From Bacillota bacterium (GTDB taxonomy: Bacteria; Bacillota; Clostridia; Lachnospirales; Anaerotignaceae), in contig JAEZPX010000010.1 in NCBI GenBank assembly GCA_023413275.1, forward strand, positions 1 through 37,392: a stretch of 37,392 nt of DNA. Direction: 5' to 3'. A model generated the notes under the pieces. That model was not told the DNA's origin and searched no databases. It was given only the letters and a program-made list of their open reading frames with translations. Both the position numbers and the translations under genes were made by a program. Positions 31,102 to 37,392 of the stretch are shown piece after piece. Numbering within the stretch: position 1 is the stretch's first letter; the number at the start of each line of letters is the position of its first letter.

Positions 31102-32787
31102 ATGGGAACGATTAAAACCTCGATTCAATTGTTTGACGGGGCCACGCCAGGGCTTTTGGATATTGCCAATGCTTTAAATCGAGCAGTTCTTGGTTTTGAA
31201 GCCCTAGAACGGGCATCTTCCAATTGCATTGATACCAATTCTTTGAGAGAAGGCAGGGAAGAGTTGGATATGACAAAGTCATCATTTCAACAAATACAAG
31301 ATTCTATCAAAGCGGCAGGGGAACAACAGAAAAAATTCAATAAAACTATAAGTGCAAGTGCGGAGATTTCGGAAGGTATTTTTTCTAATCAAGAAAAGGC
31401 AAACGGTATAGCGAATAGTAGCAGTGGAGCAAATCTTTCGGAAATGGGACAGAAAACCCTTGGAAGTGCCAGCATTACATCTGGGATGGAGGGTAGTGGA
31501 GGAAATTTAAGCCTTGGTACAGGAGAAGAATTTCCTGAGGAAACGGCAAAGCCGACAAAGAACGATAAAGTTAACGCTGCTGTTGATACATTAAGCAGTG
31601 TGATACCGCAAGGCTATACTTCTACCGATGAGATGAAAAATTCAATGTTTGCTGCGGCGGATGAAATAGATACAAAATTCAGCGGGCTTTCTCAAGTTCT
31701 AGGTTCTGTCTGGTCTGGTGTGACAGGAGAACAAGTGGAGGCCATAAAGGTTACTGATCTTTTAGCAAATAGCTGGAGCAGCTTTGCACCTGTTGTGACG
31801 GGAGCGGCAGCAGCAATGAATTTGTACAATCTTGCTATGGATGCAGGTAAGGTGGCCCAAGTGCTACAAGCTGGCGCAACGCTAATCGGTACAGCGTTTA
31901 ATGGAGCATGGACAACTTCTGTATTTGCACAAACTGCTGCTCAAGAAGGACTGAATACTGCGCTTTTAACATGTCCAATAACATGGATTATTGTTGCAAT
32001 CATTCTTTTAGTTGCCATAATTTATGGGGCAGTGGCGGCAATTAACAAACTTACGGGGTCGAGTATTTCAGCAACGGGGATTATTGCAGGTGCGTTTGGT
32101 GTTCTGGGTGCGAGTATTTTTAATAGCTTTGCTTTTTTGTGGAATATAATTTCAATTTTCGTAAATTTTTTACACAATGCTTTTCAAGACCCTATTGCAG
32201 CTATCAAAGTATTGTTTTATGATTTAGCAACTTGTGTTTTAAAGAAACTGAAAACAATTGCAGATGCAATTGGTGAAGTTTTTCATAAGATTACCGGTAA
32301 AGATTTGCAGCTTTTTAGCGGTCTGGATACTTTAATAAGTGATCTAGAGAGTAAATCACAGGGTATAAAAGATGAAGCTGGTTTTAAGGATGTAATGCAT
32401 ACCCTTGACTACAAGGATTATAGTGGTGTATTTAGTAATATGTATGACAAGGGTGAAGGGTTAGAGAATTCATCAAGCATATTTGACAGGGACAAAGCTG
32501 GGGACGGCGGCATGGATCAGCTTTTACAAAACACGGCAAATACTGCCGCAAATACAGGGGCTATGACAGATAACATGGAAATTTCACAAGAGGATATAAG
32601 GTATCTTCGAGATATTTCCGAAAGAGATGCCATCAATCGCTTTACCACGGCTCAGGTCAGTGTGGATTTTAAAAATGAAGCAACGATAAATTCTGATATG
32701 GATATTGACGGCGTGATGAATAAGTTCACAGATGTGCTCCGTGAGGCAATCTTTACCCAGGCAGAGGAGGTGCATGCCATTGTATAA
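31102..32787 (+). CDS. Tail tape measure protein (short, 561 aa; XkdO position)
   Basis: Position right after the chaperone/frameshift pair. Coiled N-terminal third, Gly/Ala-rich hydrophobic central segments (AAAAMNLYNLAMDAG ... ITWIIVAIILLVAIIYGAVAAINKL ... IIAGAFGVLGASIFNSF). SD GAAGGTGA. Confidence 0.65.
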   Translation: MGTIKTSIQLFDGATPGLLDIANALNRAVLGFEALERASSNCIDTNSLREGREELDMTKSSFQQIQDSIKAAGEQQKKFNKTISASAEISEGIFSNQEKANGIANSSSGANLSEMGQKTLGSASITSGMEGSGGNLSLGTGEEFPEETAKPTKNDKVNAAVDTLSSVIPQGYTSTDEMKNSMFAAADEIDTKFSGLSQVLGSVWSGVTGEQVEAIKVTDLLANSWSSFAPVVTGAAAAMNLYNLAMDAGKVAQVLQAGATLIGTAFNGAWTTSVFAQTAAQEGLNTALLTCPITWIIVAIILLVAIIYGAVAAINKLTGSSISATGIIAGAFGVLGASIFNSFAFLWNIISIFVNFLHNAFQDPIAAIKVLFYDLATCVLKKLKTIADAIGEVFHKITGKDLQLFSGLDTLISDLESKSQGIKDEAGFKDVMHTLDYKDYSGVFSNMYDKGEGLENSSSIFDRDKAGDGGMDQLLQNTANTAANTGAMTDNMEISQEDIRYLRDISERDAINRFTTAQVSVDFKNEATINSDMDIDGVMNKFTDVLREAIFTQAEEVHAIV

Positions 32788-33439
32788 GGTTAGTTTTGGG
32801 GATGTTTCCCTTCCTGTAGCTCCAAGTAAAATCACTATGAAGACAAAAAATAACAACAAAACAATGGAATTGATTGATGGAAGTGAAATCAATTTCATAA
32901 GAACACCGGGACTAACAGAATTTAACTTTGAGTTTTTAATTCCCCATGTGAAGTACCCCTTTGCCTATTATCCTGACGGATTTCAGTCTGCACAGTTGTA
33001 TATTGATGCGCTAGAATTGATGAAAACAGATAGAAAGTGGTTTCAATTTAATATCCAACGACAACTGCCCAATGGGAAAACAGAATTTGAAACTAGTGAA
33101 ACAGTAACATTGGAGGACTATTCTATTACCGAGGATACAGGCAACGGTCTGGATTTTATTGCTAATGTAACACTAAAGAAATATAACGAGCATAAAATTA
33201 CCCACGTCGAACCTGTGCAAGCGACAGAAGAAGGCGTTGTAGTAAAAGAAGTAACAGAGCGTAAGAGCGACAAAAAGGCAAGTAATGTATATACAGTAAA
33301 AAAAGGGGATAGCCTTTGGAAAATTTGCAAGGCGCAATTAGGGGATGGTGCAAAATTTAAGGAAATCGCAAAGCTAAATGGCATTTCTAATCCCAATCTC
33401 ATTTATCCGGGGCAGGTGATTCAGCTTGGTAATGCTTAA
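32774..33439 (+). CDS. xkdP: LysM-domain tail protein (XkdP-like)
   Basis: C-terminal LysM YTVKKGDSLWKICKAQLGDGAKFKEIAKLNGISNPNLIYPGQVIQLG. Overlaps the tape measure end. The start is ATG 32774 (SD AGGAGG only 3 nt upstream), or possibly TTG 32780. Confidence 0.7.
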   Translation: MPLYKVSFGDVSLPVAPSKITMKTKNNNKTMELIDGSEINFIRTPGLTEFNFEFLIPHVKYPFAYYPDGFQSAQLYIDALELMKTDRKWFQFNIQRQLPNGKTEFETSETVTLEDYSITEDTGNGLDFIANVTLKKYNEHKITHVEPVQATEEGVVVKEVTERKSDKKASNVYTVKKGDSLWKICKAQLGDGAKFKEIAKLNGISNPNLIYPGQVIQLGNA

Positions 33440-34385
33440 AATTGTAAATGGTGACAAGGAATATACCCCCATTATAACAGGGGATATCAAATGGTCAACA
33501 GAGCGAGCGGGTGTACCGGGAAGCTTAACTTTTGACGTGGTAAAGGAGGGGGAGCTGAATTTTCATGAAGGGAATTTAGTAAAGCTTTGTGTTGGCGAAA
33601 CTCCAGTTTTTTTGGGCTATGTCTTTCAGAAAAAAAGAAGCAAAGGGGAAATAATTAGCGTCACTGCTTATGACCAGCTGAGGTATCTGAAAAATAAGGA
33701 CAGCTTTATCTTTGAGAAGTTGACCGCAACGGAATTTATTGACAGAGTTGCAATGCATTTTTCACTAAAGAAGGGCGAAATTGCGGATACTCAATACGTC
33801 ATTGAGAAAGGGGTTCTGGATAATAAAACCTTATTTGATATGATTCAAGAAGTATTGGATACTACATTGATGAATACCAAAACACTCTATGTTTTGTATG
33901 ACGATTTTGGCAAGCTGGCACTAAAAAATATTGAGGATATGAAGCTGGATATTTTACTGGATGAGAAAACAGCGGAGAATTTTGATTATGTCAGCAGCAT
34001 TGACGGGGAAACTTATAACCAGATTAAGATCGCTTTTGATAGCAAGGAGAAAAAAGGGCTTCAAGATGGATTCACGGTTCAGGACGAGGAAAATATTAAA
34101 AAATGGGGCGTTTTGCAGTATTATGAAAAATCAAAAACAGATGTGGGAGTAAAGGAGAAGGCGAATGCCCTTTTAGACCTTTACAACCGTAAAACAAGAA
34201 CGCTAAGCATCAAAAATGCCTTCGGCTCGCCCAATGTACGGGCGGGATGCAGCCTACGGGTAGCGTTAAAGCTGGGTGATATTAATGTAAACCATTACTT
34301 TGTCTGCGAGAAGGTGACCCATACCTTTCGAGAGGATATGCATTTGATGGACCTTACGTTGAGAGGAGGAGATATTCTTGTCTGA
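33432..34385 (+). CDS. xkdQ: XkdQ/YqbQ-like tail protein (baseplate hub / late-control-D-like position)
   Basis: About 317 aa. Position and size match the XkdQ family. ATG 33432 lies just before the upstream stop 33437-39. Confidence 0.6.
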   Translation: MLKIVNGDKEYTPIITGDIKWSTERAGVPGSLTFDVVKEGELNFHEGNLVKLCVGETPVFLGYVFQKKRSKGEIISVTAYDQLRYLKNKDSFIFEKLTATEFIDRVAMHFSLKKGEIADTQYVIEKGVLDNKTLFDMIQEVLDTTLMNTKTLYVLYDDFGKLALKNIEDMKLDILLDEKTAENFDYVSSIDGETYNQIKIAFDSKEKKGLQDGFTVQDEENIKKWGVLQYYEKSKTDVGVKEKANALLDLYNRKTRTLSIKNAFGSPNVRAGCSLRVALKLGDINVNHYFVCEKVTHTFREDMHLMDLTLRGGDILV

Positions 34386-34788
34386 GTTGGCACAATTGAT
34401 TAAAAAGGCGGCAAAGGATCAGATGGATTCCTCTAAGCCTATGGATATTATCATTGGAGAGGTAGTTTCTGGGGCACCTCTTAAGATTAAATTGGACTCC
34501 AAGATTACTTTGACGGAGTCCTTTTTGATTCTAACAAAGGCGGTGGTAGACTATTCGGTCAATATGACGGTGAACCATACCACAGAAACCCATACTCACA
34601 GTCACACCTATCAGGATGACAGCACCACTAGGACGACCCAGCCCCATACCCATAACCATGCTTATGTAGGAACAAAAAGCTTTACCATACACAACAAGCT
34701 GAAGGTTGGGGATTATGTTATTTTACTACGGGCTCATGGGGGACAAAAATTTATTGTACTTGATATTGTAGGAGGTGGCACATTATGA
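34378..34788 (+). CDS. xkdR: XkdR-like (DUF2577-type) small baseplate/spike protein carrying an HxHxH-rich insert
   Basis: TTG start with strong SD GAGAGGAGGAG 6 nt upstream. Conserved XkdR-like blocks PLKIKLDSKITLTESFLILTKAVVDY and LKVGDYVILLRAHGGQKFIVLDIV flank NHTTETHTHSHTYQDDSTTRTTQPHTHNHAY. Confidence 0.6.
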   Translation: MSELAQLIKKAAKDQMDSSKPMDIIIGEVVSGAPLKIKLDSKITLTESFLILTKAVVDYSVNMTVNHTTETHTHSHTYQDDSTTRTTQPHTHNHAYVGTKSFTIHNKLKVGDYVILLRAHGGQKFIVLDIVGGGTL

Positions 34789-35186
34789 CACCCAAAGTAA
34801 ACGAAGAATTGGCAAATACCTTTGTAAGGCTGTCATTACCCTCAAAAACCTATCGTTTTGACAGAGAAAAAAATCGAATCTATGGATACTGTGACGGAGT
34901 GGAGGCAGTGAAGCAGGCTGTGTATAAGGCATTGCTTACGGAACGGTATGCTTGGGTAATTTATTCATGGAACTATGGCTCAGAGCTTAACGGGCTGTTT
35001 GGAAAGCAAATGACTACTGTCTATCCTGAGGTGAAAAGAAGAATTGAAGAGGCTTTGTTGCAGGATGACCGCATTAAAAATGTTAAGGATTTTTCTTTTG
35101 AAAAAACAAGGAATACCCTACATGTAACTTTTACAGTGGAGTCTACAGTGGGGATTTTTGAAAGTGAGGTGAACTTAAATGTATGA
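34785..35186 (+). CDS. xkdS: XkdS-like baseplate protein (gp25/GPW-like wedge position)
   Basis: 133 aa. ATGA overlap with the upstream gene. SD GGAGGTGG. Position between the XkdR-like gene and baseplate J. Confidence 0.6.
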   Translation: MTPKVNEELANTFVRLSLPSKTYRFDREKNRIYGYCDGVEAVKQAVYKALLTERYAWVIYSWNYGSELNGLFGKQMTTVYPEVKRRIEEALLQDDRIKNVKDFSFEKTRNTLHVTFTVESTVGIFESEVNLNV

Positions 35187-36240
35187 AGAAATGACTTTTG
35201 AGACGGTACTGGATCGTATGCTGAGTCGGGTTTCCTCTGATATAGATAAGCGGGAAGGGAGCATTATTTATGATGCCCTTGCCCCTGCAGCGGCGGAGCT
35301 TTGTCAGATGTATATTGACCTAGATATTGTTCTAAATGAAACTTTTGCAGATACGGCAAGCAGAGATTATTTAATTCTTAGAGCAAAGGAAAGAGGGATA
35401 ACACCCTACGAAGCCACAAAAGCCATTGGAAAGGCAGTTTTTAATTGCTCTGTTCCTGTAGGCAGTCGGTTTAATCTGGAAAATTTCAACTATAAAGTGA
35501 CGGAGGTAATTTCTTCTCAGACCTTTACTTATAAAGTTATCTGCGAAACGGTTGGAAGTGATGCAAATCATAACTTAGGTACGTTGATTCCTATACAGTA
35601 TATTCAAGGGTTGACCATGGCTGAATTGGTGGAGGTATTGACTCCTGGGGAGGATGCAGAAAGCACACAAAGCCTGAGGAAGCGCTATTTAAATAGCTTT
35701 GATAGGCAGGCATTTGGAGGAAATCGGGCAGATTATATGGAAAAAATCAATGCCATATCCGGCATAGGGGGCTGTAAGGTATACCGTGCATGGAATGGCG
35801 GGGGAACGGTGAAATGTGTGGTACTGAATTCTCAGTATCAAAAACCCAGCCAAAGCCTGATTGACGATGTGCAGACTACCGTTGATCCTACCCAGAATGC
35901 AGGGGGCGGCTTAGGTATCGCCCCAATTGACCATGTGGTGACTATTGAAGGGGTGACGGAAACTCCTATTGCCATTGCAAGCACCATAACTTATGAAAGT
36001 GGATGGAACTTTGCAGAGTGTAAACCTTATATCGAGGAGATTTTAGATCGATATTTTATGGAATTAAGCAAAGGCTGGGCAGATAGCGGAAATCTTGTGG
36101 TACGAATTTCTCAGATTGAATCCAGATTGTTGGATATGGATGGGATTTTGGATATTGGGAATACAACCATTAACGGAGAAGCTAAAAACCTGATGCTGGA
36201 TGAAAATTGCATCCCCATAAGGGGTGAGTTCTATGGCTGA
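35179..36240 (+). CDS. xkdT: Baseplate J family protein (XkdT-like, gp6 analogue)
   Basis: 353 aa. N-terminus MYEEMTFETVLDRMLSRVSSDIDKREGSIIYDALAPAAAELCQMYIDLDIV is baseplate-J-like. Overlapping start. SD GAGGTG. Confidence 0.8.
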   Translation: MYEEMTFETVLDRMLSRVSSDIDKREGSIIYDALAPAAAELCQMYIDLDIVLNETFADTASRDYLILRAKERGITPYEATKAIGKAVFNCSVPVGSRFNLENFNYKVTEVISSQTFTYKVICETVGSDANHNLGTLIPIQYIQGLTMAELVEVLTPGEDAESTQSLRKRYLNSFDRQAFGGNRADYMEKINAISGIGGCKVYRAWNGGGTVKCVVLNSQYQKPSQSLIDDVQTTVDPTQNAGGGLGIAPIDHVVTIEGVTETPIAIASTITYESGWNFAECKPYIEEILDRYFMELSKGWADSGNLVVRISQIESRLLDMDGILDIGNTTINGEAKNLMLDENCIPIRGEFYG

Positions 36241-36778
36241 AATTCAGAATTATTTTCCTGACCTGTTGAAAGAAGTGAGGGAGTTTCAAAAGCTGGCAAT
36301 AGCTGAGAATCCTGAGCTTCTTTTTTTATGGAATGAGCTGGCTCAGGTTTTGGATAACCAATTTATTGATACGGCGACCAAAACAGGGGTAGCAAGGCGA
36401 GAGCGTATGTTAAAAATCACCCCGAAAGCCACGGAAACTTTAGAGGAGAGAAAGTTTCGCTTATTGGCAAGGTACAACGAGAATTTGCCTTATACATTAC
36501 GGACGCTACAAAGTCAGCTTTCAATTCTTTGTGGAGAAAAGGGGTATCGGCTGGAAATCAATTACGGTGCCTTCAGCCTAAAGGCGAAGCTGGAGTTGAC
36601 AAACAAAAAAAATGTGGAAGCTGTGGAGGAAATGCTGGAGAGAATTGTGCCTATGAATATGTTACTTACTGTGGAATTGCTGTACAACCAACATCAAGAA
36701 CTAAGGAAGTTAACCCATGGTGCAATGAGGGCATACACCCATGATGGTCTAAGAGAGGAGGCATTTGGAAATGGCTGA
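36233..36778 (+). CDS. xkdU: XkdU-like (DUF2313/YmfQ-type) tail protein
   Basis: ATG 36233 overlaps the upstream stop. SD AAGGGGTGAG. Position after baseplate J. Contains FSLKAKLELTNKKNVEAVEEMLERIVPMNMLL. Confidence 0.6.
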   Translation: MAEIQNYFPDLLKEVREFQKLAIAENPELLFLWNELAQVLDNQFIDTATKTGVARRERMLKITPKATETLEERKFRLLARYNENLPYTLRTLQSQLSILCGEKGYRLEINYGAFSLKAKLELTNKKNVEAVEEMLERIVPMNMLLTVELLYNQHQELRKLTHGAMRAYTHDGLREEAFGNG

Positions 36779-36962
36779 TTTTACGGCAAATTATAATTTG
36801 GAAAAGCCTGCCCAGAGTGATTTTTATAATGTAGAAGTGCAGAATAAGAACATGGATAAAATTGATGGAGCTTTGGCAGGGGCGAAATACATTATTTCCC
36901 CTTCGGGAGAGAAGTACAAATGGGGAATGGATACAGACGGTTTGTTTTTAGAGGAGGTGTAA
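36771..36962 (+). CDS. Small tail-associated protein (about 63 aa), hypothetical
   Basis: MADFTANYNLEKPAQSDFYNVEVQNKNMDKIDGALAG... The motif (NY.L.KP...D.Y.V...N.NMDKID) resembles N-termini of Firmicute phage tail-fibre proteins. It may be a separate small gene or an N-terminal module. Overlaps the xkdU-like end. Confidence 0.35.
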   Translation: MADFTANYNLEKPAQSDFYNVEVQNKNMDKIDGALAGAKYIISPSGEKYKWGMDTDGLFLEEV

Positions 36963-36965
36963 GCT

Positions 36966-37392
36966 ATGGCAAGTGGTGACAAGTTTTATTTAGCGGATAA
37001 GGAAACGCTGAATGAGGTGGACGAAAAGATTGGCAGTACCAAGGATACAGGGGGGAGCAGTACCGCAGGAAGTGTCTTTGGGAAAATCAATTATTTGGTT
37101 TCTCAGGTGAGTAGTTATTTGGCTACGATTTACTCGTGGGTTAATACACTCATGGGTAAGATTGGTAATACCAATGATAGCGAAGGCACAGCAACCACAG
37201 GAACAGTAATGGGGAAGTTGAATTTTTTGGTTACAAGGATGGGTAGCGTTTATTCATGGGCTAATAATATCTTCAGCAGAGTGGGTACTACAACAGATAC
37301 AGGTGGAACCACGACAGCGGGGACAGTCATGGCAAAGGAAAATGCTATTTTGACTGAGGTGAATAAACTTGGTGATGCAAATGATACGGGTG
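36966..37392 (+). CDS. Tail fibre / receptor-binding protein with ~42-aa tandem repeats; 5' partial, open to the window end
   Basis: ATG 36966, open through 37392 with no stop, so it is absent from the ORF track. Three diverging repeats: IG(S/N)T(K/N)D..G..T.G(S/T)V(F/M)GK(I/L)N(Y/F)LV ... (V/I)YSW(V/A)N. Confidence 0.55.
   Translation, partial: MASGDKFYLADKETLNEVDEKIGSTKDTGGSSTAGSVFGKINYLVSQVSSYLATIYSWVNTLMGKIGNTNDSEGTATTGTVMGKLNFLVTRMGSVYSWANNIFSRVGTTTDTGGTTTAGTVMAKENAILTEVNKLGDANDTG

Larger units (their letters stand above)
27599..37392 (+). mobile_element. PBSX-like (XkdI-to-XkdV order) contractile phage-tail gene cluster with no head or packaging genes upstream: defective prophage remnant or R-type tailocin candidate. 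It extends beyond the window end
   Basis: Co-directional, tightly packed or overlapping genes in canonical tail-module order (completion, sheath, tube, chaperone+frameshift, tape measure, LysM, hub, spike/DUF, wedge, baseplate J, XkdU-like, fibre). It is preceded by a terminator, a 400-nt AT-rich gap and cellular-type genes. Confidence 0.7.

Noticed and set aside
27599-37392. Interpretation as an intact prophage
   Set aside because: No terminase, portal, protease or capsid genes lie upstream where PBSX-like phages always encode them. Integrase or repressor genes are not visible either, so the cluster is treated as a headless tail cluster pending the flanking sequence.
1-37392. CRISPR arrays, tRNA or rRNA genes
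   Set aside because: No regularly spaced direct repeats with unique spacers were seen. No tRNA-like T-arm (GGTTCGANTCC) or rRNA-like stretches were found in the non-coding gaps.

Overview
This is an AT-rich (~37% GC) chromosomal segment from a low-GC Gram-positive, probably a Clostridia-like organism whose surface proteins carry SLH anchoring domains. All gene and family assignments below were made by eye from the translations and from my memory of the protein families; nothing was searched. Reading left to right:

(1) On the minus strand, a large hybrid sensor histidine kinase (PAS repeats, HisKA, HATPase, two receiver domains and a C-terminal HPt). The 5' end of a response-regulator gene runs off the window edge just downstream of it. 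An SLH + CAP-domain surface protein follows.

(2) A minus-strand operon of CydD/CydC-like ABC exporters, a YgbA-like (NO-stimulated family) protein and a DUF454/YbaN membrane protein.

(3) A divergently transcribed DtxR/MntR-family regulator with an unusual extra C-terminal domain. It is followed by an Isd-like heme-acquisition locus: a small secreted single-NEAT protein that looks like a hemophore, a 2132-aa SLH-anchored protein with three NEAT domains, a second SLH protein with a divergent NEAT-like domain, and an IsdE-like lipoprotein with a FecCD permease and an ATPase. An iron-box-like perfect palindrome and a structured leader lie at the operon promoter.

(4) A four-gene membrane module: an SPFH (YdjI-like) protein ending in five zinc ribbons, a polytopic membrane protein, and two paralogous transmembrane/zinc-ribbon proteins.

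(5) A PBSX/XkdK-M-type contractile phage-tail gene set that begins directly after a strong terminator with no packaging or capsid genes upstream. It runs from a tail-completion gene through sheath, tube, chaperone, tape measure, LysM protein, baseplate proteins and a tail fibre, and continues past the window end. It contains a classic A_AAA_AAC -1 frameshift site in the tail assembly chaperone and an HxHxH-rich insert in the XkdR-like protein.

No rRNA, tRNA or CRISPR array was seen.
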